Positions 35,565 to 48,543 of a stretch of DNA of 64,000 bases are shown here, piece after piece. Positions within the stretch are counted from its first letter, which is position 1; every line of letters begins with the position of its first letter. The DNA is from Octopus vulgaris (Eukaryota): positions 110,298,001 to 110,362,000 of the forward strand of contig OX597814.1 of assembly GCA_951406725.2 (NCBI GenBank), in the 5' to 3' direction. A program made the translations under genes and the position numbers. A model generated the notes under the pieces. The model ran no database searches. It had not been told where the DNA came from and worked only from the letters and a program-made list of their open reading frames with translations.

Positions 35565-35835
35565 TTATATTTGACAGATATTTTTCTTCACATGTTTGCT
35601 GTTAATACAATGTTTTGGCTGATGTACTCCCCAAGAGTTCGATTCCTGGCAGTGACCTGAATAATAATGATAATACCTTCGGAATGAGAACCCAGTTTCG
35701 AAATACCCCCAGGACACCTGATGAAGGCTGGTGAGTACATCAGCCGAAACGTGTTAACAACAAACAAGATGAGGATAGATATCCGTCAAATATAAATAAT
35801 GCACATAATTCCTCATCTCTCAAATATAGAACTGT
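35565..35835 (+). mobile_element. Hammerhead-bearing tRNA-headed element, copy C, with a 5' inverted duplicate of its own 3' part
   Basis: Perfect B box GTTCGATTCC at 35637-35646. GACAC-CTGATGA-A-GGCTGG-TGAGTACA-TCAGCC-GAAAC-GTGTT at 35713-35755. 35565-35630 is an inverted, decayed copy of ~35733-35795. Confidence 0.85.
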
Positions 35836-36729
35836 AAATATTTTTCCTCTTAAAATTAGCATTCATTTCATCATTTTGTATAAGCACCAAGAAATTTGAT
35901 AAAAATTCAGTTCTAATTCTTTGTATGCATGATATAATTCCTGATATTACTCAGAGTGGCAAAAATATACTTCCAAAGTTACCCCTATTCACATATGACA
36001 GGTAACACTAATATGGTAATAGTTAGCCCAAGCATGTGTTGACATCAGCTTGTAGCATGTGTGCTAGTCATCATCATTTAACGTCCGCTTTCCATGCTGG
36101 CATGGGTTGGACAGTTTGACTGAGGAGGATTGCTGAGCCGGAAGGCTGCACCAGGCTTAATCTGATCTGGCAAAGTTTCTACAGCTGGATGTGCTTCCTA
36201 ACACCAACAACTCTGAAAGTGTAGTGGATGCTCTTACGTGTCACCAGCACGAGGGCCAGTCAGGCAGTTCTGGCAATGACCACGCTTGAATGTTGTTTTT
36301 CACATTCCACCGGCACATATGCTGGTAAGGCGATGCTGGCAACGATCATGCTCGAATGGTACTTTTTATGTGCCACCGGAACGGGAGCCAATCCATGGCC
36401 CTGGCAATGATCACGCTCAGATATGCTTTTAACTAATGTTCCACTGGCATGAGTGTCAATCAGGTGGTCTAAAGGAAAAATTTAATTTTCATGTCCAGAG
36501 CTGCCACAAAACATTTATTGGGGATGCATATAAACAGAACCTGTGATTCAACATTTTGGGATCTATTTGACTTCTTGCAGCTGCAACTGAGTGTTTTCAG
36601 TCTCAGTTTTGATAAGACACTTTTCATCCCTCAACTTCTTCCTGTTCCTGTAACAATTATGTTCTTCTCTTCAAGAATTACTTCTTGGTTCATACATATT
36701 TAGTAATTAATAATATTGTAAAGTAAAAT

Positions 36730-36942
36730 AAGGCAGTGAGCTGGTGGAATCATTAGCAAGCGGGCAAAATGCTTAGCAGCATTTCATCTATCTTTACGTT
36801 CTGAGTTCAAATTCCGCCAAGGTCAACTTTGCCTTTCATCATTTCAGGTTTGATAAAGTGAGTACCAGTTGAATATTGGGGTTGATGTAATTGACTTTCA
36901 CCCTCCCTTGAAATTGCTGGCTTTGTGCCAAAGTTTGAAACC
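36730..36942 (+). mobile_element. SINE family A with TSD
   Basis: TSD ATATTGTAAAGT at 36713-36724 and 36943-36954. Confidence 0.88.
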
Positions 36943-38380
36943 ATATTGTAAAGTGAAATGTTAAGTGTTACCAAGGAAACCTGATTGAAGCTAATTTCTC
37001 TTCTGTTTGCTTATAATCCAATGCCTTCAACACCAGCATCTATTCAGATATTGTTTTGAATACAAGTTGCCAACTAATGAGGTGCTTGACCTGCTTTTAT
37101 TTTCTACTTGTTATTATTTCACTTCACCTTTTCAATAACCTTTTGAAAAAGTGCTCCAGCTTGGTCTTAACCATCATGGCTTCCTTGAAAAACCTTTAAC
37201 AGTTATCCCTCAGTTTACACATTAGATTGGTTCTACTAGTCACCATGTAAATCAAAATTGTGTAAAACAAAGGAGATAAAAGTCCAGTGATATTAATTAA
37301 TAAACACAAAATTTAAATGATTATCTATTGAATCATTCATCTCTATCTCCATCTCTAACCATTTATCACTTCTCATAAACTTAATTGCCCACCTTTTCCA
37401 ATCCTCTGTCCATAGACCCTCTTATACTTACCTTCTTATACTTTGGAGGTATGCCCCAACAACTTGTCACCACCATCTCTCTTCTGTCTTTTCAGCTCAA
37501 GTAGTTTTTGTATTCCTCTACAGCAAGGCACCTGCACCTTTCAACACCTAGCATAATGCCACTCACCTCAATATTGCAGCCTCCTGCTCAGAAGAGGTGG
37601 GGGCCTTTTCTTTTGAGTTACATAATGACCTCACTTAGCACTGATGTCTCAGAAAAAGTACTCAGTACATCCTGTGAAGTGGTTGGTGTTAGGATGGGCA
37701 TCCAGTTGTAGAAACCATGACAATGGAGATTGATGTAGTCTTCTGGCTCATCAAGTACTGTTGAACTGTCCAACCCATGCCATTCCACCAAAGAAGATGA
37801 ACATTCAACATTGATGCTATATCAGGTTTTATCTTCTATCCAAAATAATGAAAGCTTTTTTACTTATTGTTTCCATTCTGTTATGTTTGATGCGTATTTT
37901 AAAATTATGGAAGATCCAGTGGTTATACGGTTTCTGGTTTATTTTGTGTCCATTAGAAAAAAATTTTTCTTAACAATTCATTTATATTAAACTGTTTCAA
38001 CAGAAATCTGTTGACAAAAGGGTCAAAGTCATGTTACTTGTAAGGGTCATCAACATTACCCCACCTCCTCCTCTTCCTCATTTCAGTCAATGGATAAACA
38101 CTTTTTGTTTGGAGTTGGAGTGTTATTGGTTTCAGTCATTGGATCATTACCTTCAACGGTTAATTAAATTGACCACAGTAATTATTATATAACTTAAGAA
38201 ACATGAAAGGTAAAGCAGATCTAAGCAGGATTTGAACTCAGAAAGTAAGAGGACATTTATCAAATAGTATTTTGTGCGACACTACAATAGTTCTGTCAAC
38301 ACTTAATTGCATTCCCACTTTTAGACTATTAAATCAATCTGTCTCCTTTTCTGTACATTGTATTATTGGTCTTTGATTTA

Positions 38381-38592
38381 CCCTTTTGTTATTAAATCAG
38401 CTCTGGCTTTGTAGTACAAATGTCTTGTTTTCATAGGTTTTGAATTAAAATCTTCCACCAAACCCTAGTCGCAATTTATGTTCCTAACACTAGCTTAATG
38501 ATAGCTAAGTTATTTTACTAAATTCTTTGTTATATTTAAAATTAATTGAAAGAAACACAGAGCATCTCAACAGAAATATGGTAATGAAAGGG
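38381..38592. mobile_element. piggyBac-type MITE family 1
   Basis: CCCTTTTGTTA ... GTAATGAAAGGG; reverse-complement match to 47457-47677. Confidence 0.8.
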
Positions 38593-39974
38593 TTAGATGA
38601 AGAGAAATGGTGGGAGACCAGCAGCCAAATCACCCTCAATTCAGTTTCTGCCCTTTTAAAATTAAAGAAAGGAAAACAGAAAAATGGGTAATGTAATTTT
38701 AGATATATTATGTCTGAAAGAGAAAAAAAAATTTGGAATGGTCAGGGATGGAATGACTTTGTTCATAGGTTTTCATGTTCAGTTCTTCATGTTTGTTACA
38801 TTTGTCTGAATTTATCTTACTGCATAGAGAAAAATATGAAGATGGTATAAAGTATACAAAACAATTCTATCTATTTATCTTTCTTTCTTGTGTATGTATG
38901 TATATAAATAATTCTCCGTGTGTGTATGTCTGTATCTGTGCATGCACACAAATGTGTACAAGCTCTACACAGTTCAGGAATGGCTGTTTCCATAAAAAAA
39001 GAAGGAAACCTTTAGTTATTATTTTTTTCCCTAGAGTCGTTCTACATTTTACAAGAACACAGAAATATTTCTCTTCCAACCTTCCTCCATCTCCATTCCC
39101 GACCTGTTCTATATGTAAAGAAGATTATCATTGTCTATAAATCATACAAGAAACTGTGACACATCACATTTATTACATTCTGATGAGATAACATTCCAGG
39201 AAGAAAGAAAAATGAAACAAAATAACATATTTTTTTCGTCTTTGTTATGGAAGGAATTTTTTTCATATTTTCATAGGGTTTGTATTTTCAAAGCTTCTGT
39301 GAAGTAACAAAAATGGTAGAGTCTTACTGTGTTTAAAGTTCAAATCTCACTAAGACTGCCTAGGACCAGTGCTGGCTTTGACTTGAATTCTTTTCACAGT
39401 TGATGAAATAAGTACCAGTTACATACTGAGGTCAATTCAAGCATAACACTATCTGCCTAGCTACAATTCCTCCTTTGTCTCCTTGATCCTCTCTCTCCCC
39501 TACACACATATTAGCCACTCGAAAACACAATTCTTTTCATTCTTCATTTATCTTTTCTTTTATTTGTTTCATTCATTAGACTTTGGCCATGCTGGGGCAC
39601 TGCCTTGAAGAATATTTTAGTCAGGTGAATCGACTCCCCCCACCCCACCCCAGTGCTTTTTTTAAAGCCTGGTACTTATGCTATCAGTTGCTCTTTATCA
39701 AACTGTTATGTTACAGGGATGTAAACAAACCAACACTGGTTGTCAAGCGATCGTGGGGGCAAACACATACACACACACACGATGCACTTCTTTCAATTTC
39801 TGTCTACCATGGGACTGAACCTGCAACCATGTGGTTGGGAAACAATTTTCTTACCACACAGCCATGCTTGCACCTTTGTCTCCTTTATCTTTTTCCTTTC
39901 TTTTTATCATATTATCTTTGTGCTCTGAACTCTCTTTTGTATCTCTGAAAAATAATTTCTTAATTTCATTTTAG

Positions 39975-40106
39975 GTGCAAACAGAATGAACTGTGGATAA
40001 CCTCTCACCTCAGTGATATTTACCACATTGGAATTACTTCAAGAAAAAAGAAGTTTATACAATAATTTTCTTCTTTTTAAAAAAAAATTCAAAAATATCA
40101 TATCAG
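39975..40106 (+). other. Candidate non-coding (UTR/lncRNA) exon
   Basis: Non-repetitive 132-bp segment between the acceptor TTTCATTTTAG|G and a strong donor CAG|GTAAGG; no convincing reading frame. Confidence 0.35.
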
Positions 40107-40619
40107 GTAAGGAAATAAATTTTCTTAATTAATTCTCCACGTTTCTTCTATTTCATTTCGTAGTTTGTTTTGCACAGGATCTCTTCTGAAACATGACGCA
40201 TTTCATGTCCAGTGATATTGATACAAAGCAGTGCATTACAGATATTTATTCAGTCTTTAAGCTGATATTAATAACAGAACGTGATAATTCAATCTGTGGC
40301 TGGTGCTCAAACAGTTTTAATCAAATAAGAGACCAATTGATTAAGGCATCAACACTTGAAACCTGACACAACGGTGCACCATTTATAGTTCTGTCTTGGA
40401 AGCAAGACTTTCACTTAATAATTTCAATGCATTCAACAGTGTTGTATGCCTCCTCTCATATTTCATGGAATGGTTGTTGTTGTATCAGTGGTGGTAGTAT
40501 TAAGTTCTAAATTATCCCTGACCAAACCATACTACAATCAAAGGCATTCCAGCTATAAATATCCTGTCTTTTTTTTTTTATATATCAGGGAATCTGTTGT
40601 TCAAAGTTTCTTCATTTAA

Positions 40620-40856
40620 CCATTTTGTTACCATATCTCTCTTGAAATGCATTACCTTTTTTTTTTTTTTTTTTTTTTTGCAATTAATTTTGAAAATTGT
40701 GAAGAACTCAATAATATTGTCATTGACAAACTTGTGTTTGTACCATAGATTAACATGAAATTTTGATGGAAGATTTTAAGTTAGATCAATTTAAAATTGA
40801 ATTTATTTTCATTCCTTGAACTAGGGGCAGTCTCAGGCAGGTTGGTATTGAAAGGA
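40620..40856. mobile_element. piggyBac-type MITE family 1
   Basis: TTAA|CCATTTTGTTACC ... GAAAGGA|TTAA. Confidence 0.75.
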
Positions 40857-41471
40857 TTAAGACAGTAGGCAATCAAATAATCTGATTATAACAAAGGAAG
40901 TTTTAGCTGCTATTACTAGCTGGCCAAGCAACTGTATAGTGGCTCCTGAGTGGGCTTGGAGAAACAATAATGGTGGTGGGGTAGTGGTGGTGGTGTTTAG
41001 CCCCAAGTCTCCCTTATGTTGCAGCCATGATGATCCAGCCTTTGTTTAGGGCACTCGCCCATACTGGCATGGGTTGAGTGATCTGACAGGATCTGATGAA
41101 CCAGAGGGACTGCATTAAACTGCAGTGTCTACTTTGACATGGTTTCTGCAGCTAGATGCCCTTTGTAATGCCAACCATTTTATTAAGTGTACAGCATGCT
41201 TTTTTTCATGGCACTGGCATTAGAGTGGTCACCAACTAACTCAGAAGACAAGGCCCCTTGACAAAGCAGGGAGGACAGGGTTTTATTGAGGCTTTATTCC
41301 AGGCATTGAGGGACTAAAGACTAATAGAAGCATGGTAACAGGTGTATTGCTGTAGAGAGGTGCATGAACACTCCAGCTGGAATCAGAAGCTTGTCCTGAT
41401 CTTGCTTCAATAGGAATTGAACCATCAACGTATGAAATGTTGAAGCCTTAAGTTGTAACAACAATTATTAA

Positions 41472-42141
41472 CCCTTTAGCATTCAAATTACTGTCAAGTG
41501 CAACACTTACTGATTCACATTGTTTTTTGACAATATTTCATAGCCTTCAAGGCAGCATGCTGGCAGAAATATTAGCATGCCGGGTGAAATGCTTAGCAGT
41601 ATTTAGTCTGTCTTTATGTTCTGAGTTCAAATTCCACTGAAGTTGACTTAGCTTTTCATCCTTTTGGGTAAATTAAATACCAGTTGCATATGGGCATCAA
41701 TCTAATCGACTGGCCCCTTCCCCAAAAATTTCGGGCCTTGTGTCTAGAGTAGAAAAGAATATTTCATAGCTTTAGGGCAGTGAGCTTGCGGAATCATCAG
41801 TACGCCAGGCTAGATGCTTAGCAGTATTTTGCCCATCTTTAAGTTTTAAGCTCAAATTCCACCGAGGTCAACTTTGCCTCTCATCCTTTCACAGTCAATA
41901 AATTAAATACCAGTTGAGCACTTGGGTCGATGCAATTAACTTATCCCCCACCTTCCCTGAACTTACTGGCCTTGTGCTAAAATTTGAAGCCAATATTTCA
42001 TCGCTTCAAGATTTCATTGATGTGATCGTTTATTCTTAGAATGACATTGTAGGGTAAATGTGAGAGGCTGGATCTGGCCTTTTTGAAGATAAACCAAGTT
42101 GAAAATTTTGGCCAGATATGGCCAGTTTCAACACCAAAAGG
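41472..42141. mobile_element. piggyBac-type MITE family 2 containing two tandem SINE A copies (41549-41757, 41774-41991)
   Basis: TTAA|CCCTTTAGC start. The target sequence AATATTTCAT(A/C)G appears three times (41532, 41758, 41992). Confidence 0.85.
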
Positions 42142-43199
42142 TGAAATGAAATATTTCAAGAAGTTAGGAAAAATGGGAGAGAAATAACAGTTACATGGAC
42201 TTTTTGTTTTGTGGGTTTTTTTTTTTATTTATATTTTTTTACTGAAGAGAATTTCTTGAATTTGACAATAATCAAAAGCAAACATTCTAGAAAGAATATA
42301 TATTTTATGAGTTACAGCAGTGTGGTTGGTCAGTTTATGAAACAAGAAATTATGGTTTAATGGTCAATATTACTTGACATGATTTGATTGATTAACTGCT
42401 TTGGTTAGTTCGTTAGCTGGCTAATTGCTATTGATTTTTTTTTTTTTTATAAATCAGTAGCAACTATGAAAAATAATCACCCAACCTAACTTCCTCAGCT
42501 CAGTCGAAAATCTTGCCATTAAATTGCTATATTATTATTATTTTCATTACCAACATCATCTTTTTTATTATCATCATCATCATTATTATTATAGTTTTTG
42601 TTGTTATAACTCTTGTTGTTTTATTTTTTTTACCGTTTTCATTTGGTGCTGCAGTAATAAAGATCAAAGCAACTTTCCACTCAACCACACACAGTTTCAA
42701 CTAACTGCCCATATTTATATGTGTTACAAGAATTACCGCAATGGTGGTGGTTTTTAACTGCAAATCAATCTTGATTGAATAGATCTATCATCAAAGACAT
42801 TCTACTTGTGACCATCACATTGTATTATCAATATATATTACCTAGCTGTTTGTTTGTTTTAAATGGTTAAGATGTGGTCTCTGATGGAGAATTGACTATT
42901 ATACCTCACAAGTCAAGCAACCATATTGAAGCTTCTTCATTTTTCTCATTCCATAGTGTTTGTTGTTTTTAAACTCAAGTCAACCCTAACTGAGTAAACC
43001 AATGCTTCTCAAAATCAGCTTTCAGTTTCCATCTATCAAATCCAATCACAAAATTTCAGTTGGCCCAGGGCTATATTGGAAGGTACCTGCCCTAGGCACA
43101 ACCCATTGGAACTGGACCTGAAACTACATGGTTGGGGAACAAACTTTTTAACCACACAGCTATGGCTGCACCTGTCTTAGAAATTATAACTATTAATCA

Positions 43200-43605
43200 T
43201 CATCATTATCATCATCATCATCGTTTAACATCTGCTTTCCATGGGTTGGATGGTTTGGCAGAAAACTGGCAAGCTGGGAGGCTGCACCAGGCTCCAATCT
43301 GATTTGGCAAGGTTTCTCCAGCTGGATGCTCTTCCTAAAGTTCGAATCATGCTTTTTACGTGTCACTGGCACAGGTGCCAGTCAGGCGGCACTGGCATTG
43401 GCCATGCTCGAATGGTGTTCTTTACATGCCACCAACATTGGTGCCAGTCAGGTGGCACTGGCATCAGCCATAACTATGATTTCACTCAGTTCGACAGGTT
43501 TTCACAAGCATGGCATATCAGCCAATGAATGAAGGGTACTTTTAAATGGCCACAACTATGATCTCACTTGGCTTACTGGGTCTTCTCAAGCATGGCATAT
43601 CTCCA
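43200..43605 (-). mobile_element. RTE 3'-tail repeat (family C) with duplicated hairpin modules
   Basis: (CAT)n, then GCCAGTCAGG(C/T)GGCACTGGC twice and AACTATGAT(T/C)TCACT twice. Confidence 0.8.
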
Positions 43606-43672
43606 AATTAGTGGGGTTTTTTTAAATTTTACTTCGTTTAAATTTTTTTTACCATCATTAGATTAATGTATA

Positions 43673-44362
43673 AAGGCAGTAGATTAGTAGCTTCATTAGA
43701 GTACTGGAAAAATTCCTTTGCTGTATTTGTTCTGATTCTTTATGTTCTGGGTTCAAATCTGACAAAGTTCAACTTTTCTATTTTGTGGGCATTGATAAAA
43801 TGAAGTACCTGTTAAATATTAGTGAATGGAAAGGGTCAGTTGAATCAACTAGCTTCCTCCCTTCTAAACTGCTGGTCATGTGCCTAAATTAGAAGCAGTA
43901 TTGCTATTAAGGCAGTGAGCTGACAGAATTGATAGTGCACCAGGCTAAATGCTTCATAGCATTTTGTCTGTCTTTATGTTCTGAGTTCAAATGCCACTGT
44001 GATCGACTTTATTGTTCATCCTTTTGGGATTGACAAAATAAGTACCAGTTGGACACTGGGGTCGATGTAATCGATCCCTCCCACCAAAATTGCTGGCGTT
44101 GTGCCAAAATTTGAAACTATTATTGTTATTTCTATTATTATTATTAAAAAGAGGCAAGCTGGCAGAATCATTAGGGCAGTGGATATAATGTTTAGTGATC
44201 TTTCTTCTGGTTCTTTGTTTTGAGTTCAAATTCCAGCAAGGTCGACTTTACCTTTCATCCTTTCAAGGTCTATAAAATAAGTACCAGTCAAATAATGGGG
44301 TCAGTGTAACCAACATCCCCTTCCCCTCAGTAACTGCTGGCCTTGTACCAAGTTTTGAAACC
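43673..44362 (+). mobile_element. Three head-to-tail SINE A-related copies
   Basis: AGGCAG..A/GCTG.CAGAAT-type heads at ~43673, 43909 and 44150, each with a GTTCAAAT B box and an AAGTACC motif, separated by (TTA)n tails. Confidence 0.8.
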
Positions 44363-45039
44363 ATTATTAGAAAGAGATTAATTAGGGGCCTGTGACAGAA
44401 TTGGTGCTGCAGTCCACTTCACTGTATACACCATCCTGTAACTTGGGGGTACAACCTCTGTTCCCATGCCAGACACCTTTCTGTTCCTCAGTGCTACTCC
44501 CTCCCCCAGTTGAGGGGGATTTTATCATGCAAGTTACTTGGTGATCTCATTGGTGCTGGTGCCACATAAAAAGCCCCTAAAATAAACTGTGTAAAGTGGT
44601 TGGTGTTAGGAAGGACATCCAAATGTAGAAACCGGGCCAAAGCAGACAGCTTGGTGTGGTTTTCTAACTATCCAGTTCCTGACTCAAACCAGCCAACTCA
44701 TACCAGCATGGAAAATGGACATTGAATGGTGATGGTCATGATGATGATGAGTGTGGTTTAATTAAATATGTCTTGTTCAGAGACAGAGACAGAAATGGTA
44801 TAGTGGTTACATCATCTCTTTGCATTGTGAGTTCAAGTTCCACTGAGACTGATTTTTTTCTTTCATCCACTAGGGTTGAGAAATAGGAATCAATCAAGTA
44901 CCCATGCCCTAGTTTGATCTAATCTTCCTCCCCCTCTCTCTCTCCCCTTCCACCAAATTTACAGCCTTGTGCCTATGCTACAAATTGTTGTTAGTATTAG
45001 TGTTGTTGTATCACTGACAACTGAGCATTAGGATTCACT

Positions 45040-45285
45040 TGTGCAAAATACCTGTAATATAACCTAGCAAATATCTAAACAAAATACCTGGAAAATATTT
45101 TTAAGTGACGTGTCTTACAGTTACTTGTGCCACATGCCTGGCAAATACCACTGCAACATACCAATATTTATTGACATACTTGGCAAATTCTTGTACATCA
45201 TACCGGGCAGTTTTTTGTGCAGTATACCTGGCAAATACTTCTCACGATAGACCTGGAAAATATCTATGCAGTCTACGTAGCTAAT
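45040..45285. repeat. Diverged ~25-bp minisatellite (core ATACCTGGCAAATA)
   Basis: Variants ATACCTGGAAAATA, ATGCCTGGCAAATA, ATACTTGGCAAATT, ATACCTGGCAAATA, AGACCTGGAAAATA. Confidence 0.6.
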
Positions 45286-45629
45286 ATAATTCTATTAATT
45301 TTCTCCAGATGCTCTTTAATTTCTGAAGAAGCTTGTATAAAAGCAGTTTCATCAGACAGTGCATTAAGAAGAATCTGTGAGAAGTGTTGGATGTCTTAAG
45401 TAATTATTAATTGGGGGATTGATAAATCATTAGAGCTGTTGAAGAGTCAGACAAGATGCCTTGTGGTATCTAATCCAGCTCTTTGCATTCTGATGCAACT
45501 AATTCTTGGGATAACACAGGTACTGAGCTATAATGGCCCAAGCTGGTAAACATCAGTGGCATGGAAGAGGGGTGAATTGCATGTATAGGCAACTGCTAGT
45601 TTTCCATAAGAAAAAATCTTCCCCATACA

Positions 45630-45787
45630 TGCAGGAGTTGCTGTGTGATGAGTAGCTAGTTTACCAACCACATGGTTCCAGGTTCAGTCCCACTGCATGG
45701 CACCTTGGGCAAGTGTCTTCTACTATAGCTTCAAGCCAACCAAAGCCTTGTGAGTGGATTTGGTAGACAGAAACTAAAAGAAGCTGC

Positions 45788-45835
<48 letters not shown>

Positions 45836-46021
45836 CGCAGGAGTGGCTGTGTGGTAAGAGCTTGCTTACTAACCACATGGTTCCGGGTTCAGTCCCATTG
45901 CATGGCACCTTGGGCAAGTGTCTTCAACTATAGCTTCAGGCCAACTGAAGCCATGTGAGTGGATTTGGTAGGCGGAAACTGAAAGAAGCTGATCATGTAT
46001 ATGTGTGTATATATATATATA

Positions 46022-46070
<49 letters not shown>

Positions 46071-46071
46071 A

Positions 46072-46116
<45 letters not shown>

Positions 46117-46121
46117 ATATA

Positions 46122-46153
<32 letters not shown>

Positions 46154-46351
46154 TGTGTGTGTGTGTATATATATGTGTGTGTGTGTGTGTATATATATGT
46201 GTGTGTGTGTGTGTATATATATGTGTGTGTGTATATATATATGTGTGTGTGTGTGTGTATATATATATGTGTGTGTGTATATATATGTGTGTGTGTGTAT
46301 ATATATATATGTGTGTGTGTATATATATATATGTGTGTATATATATATGTG

Positions 46352-46382
<31 letters not shown>

Positions 46383-46560
46383 CTGGCTGTCTGTCTGTAC
46401 CCCTACCATCACTTGACAACCAATGCCGGTGTGTTTACATCCCCACAACTTAGCGGTTCAACAAGAGAGACCGATATAATAACTACTAGGCTTACAAAGA
46501 TTCACTTGACTAAAGGTGATGCTCCAGCATGGCTGCAGTCAAATGACTGAAAGAAATAAA
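45630..46560 (+). mobile_element. Two SINE B heads in tandem; the second follows the (TA)n of the first and carries a ~390-bp expanded (TA/TG) tract
   Basis: Heads at 45630 and 45833; microsatellites at 45793-45832 and 45995-46382; a single tail at 46385-46560. Confidence 0.88.
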
Positions 46561-47456
46561 AGAATACCTTTACATACATATGCTGATATATGATTGACAT
46601 TGACTGACAGAGGCCTTTGTATTTGGAATAGTTCATTATTTTGACTTTCTTCAGTTGCAGCTTCCAAAGCCCTGCTACTGTTAAAGATTGACAGGTACTA
46701 TGCTTTATACCTATCAGTCCACAACCCAGTCCACATATGTGTAAATAGATACTGTATGACAATATAATACATCACTGTCTCCAGAAGAGGTATCCTATTA
46801 TAATTTATTGTTGTACCATTAGTTTTCACCTCTTGGATCAAATTCCTCTTATGTAACGTTCTCTGTAGCATTTCCGTCTGTGAAAGATTTCCTTTGCATT
46901 CACACAACACCACAGGCTGGGAATTGGCAGACTTGTTAGAGTATTTAGTAGACTGTCTTCTGATATTTGTTCGAACTATCTACACTCAAAGTTCACATCC
47001 CACTGCAGTTAATTCTACCTTTCATCCTTTTGGGAGTCAATAACCACCAGTTCAAAGCAATGGATCAGTAGACCAGTAAGAGCATCGGGTTAAGTGATTT
47101 GCAGTATTTTTTCTGGTTCTTTGTATTCTGAGTTCAAATCCCAATGTGGTCCACTTTAGTAGTAAGCTTAATCAATCACTTGGTTTTAACACCTTTAGCA
47201 GATTCTACTCTGTCGCAAGCATTTAGGTGAGATCTTGATGGCAACTAGCACAAACTGATAGCGACTGTCAGGCTCTTGTATTCATTTATTCTTCTCTCCT
47301 TTGTGTTATGGGCAGCTATACTTGGGTTTGCAGCCAATGCAGTAAGGTTGAACCTAGAGCACATGTCACACAAACCCTACATCATTAACAATCACTAACA
47401 CATCTCTTCACTCTAAAAGTTCTTTTATTCATTGTTTGACAAGAATCCTACTTTAA

Positions 47457-47677
47457 CCCTTTTCTTACCATATTTCTGTTGAGACACTTTGTGTTTCTTT
47501 TAATTAATTTTAATATAAGAAAGAATTTAGTAAAATAACTTAGTTATCATTAAGCTAGTGTTAGGAACATAAATTGTGACTAAGGTTTGGTGAAAGATTT
47601 TAATTCAGAACTTTTGAAAGCTAGACATTTGTGCTACAGAGCCAGAGGTGGTTTCAAGTAGGTTGTTATTGAAAGGG
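47457..47677. mobile_element. piggyBac-type MITE family 1
   Basis: TTAA|CCCTTTTCTTACC ... GAAAGGG|TTAA. Confidence 0.85.
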
Positions 47678-48454
47678 TTAAACATGTAAAGTCCATCTAC
47701 CATTTCAACTGCATACTTCTCACCTTGTTTTGTTTCACTTTATAAGAAACTACATAACTTAAAAGTAAATTTCTGCGATAATGTTACCAATATATATTAC
47801 CCTGTGTTTGCAACGGTTTATAGATTCAATAGTGAAGTGATAAGAAAAAGAACAATGTCCTTAGCTCTGTGTTTATATATGGGAAGAGATTGTGTGAATG
47901 AATAAAGTTAGTTTAGTGCTTATTGTGATTCAATTATTTTTGTTGTCTTACACACCAGCGTTCTTCCATTTGGATATATTATCTTACAAAATGTAGCTGT
48001 TTGTTTCTGTTGTTTGACTTGTAAGCAGTCCACCGTGTTAAATCTTGATCATGTTGTCATAGAGTAAGAAGATATTTATTTGAGCCTCTGTATTTATCAT
48101 CAATATACAAAAGAAAACAAATTTTTCTTTGTTGCTGCTGTTGATTAAAACCTTCATTATTTGTGTTCATAAGAAATATGTAGAAAGTAAGAGATTAATG
48201 TGAAATAGATTCAATGAGTATTAGCAGTTAATAACACTCTTCTACTTACCTGTTACCAGTGTTTGCAAGATGTAAGCTCTTCAAATAAGTGATTCAGGTT
48301 TCACACCTGATGGAAGTCTAACTTTTACCAAATAACCTCTACTGTTTCCACAGCCACATAAATCACAAATGTAAATTAGAATAGAATTTCAGAAACTAGA
48401 TTTCATCATCACAGTGTATGGCTGTTGGGGCAAACAGGGCCCCGTTGTTGTAAT

Positions 48455-48543
48455 ATTAAGTGTGGGAGTGAGAGCATACCGTGTAGCAGTGAGGGCATAT
48501 TGTATGGCTGTGAGAGCATATTGGGTGACAGGGAGGGCATGCT
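48455..48543. repeat. 21-bp minisatellite, ~4 units (GTGTGGCAGTGAGGGCATATT-like)
   Basis: GTGAGAGCATA / GTGAGGGCATA / GTGAGAGCATA / GGGAGGGCATG at 21-bp spacing. Confidence 0.7.
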
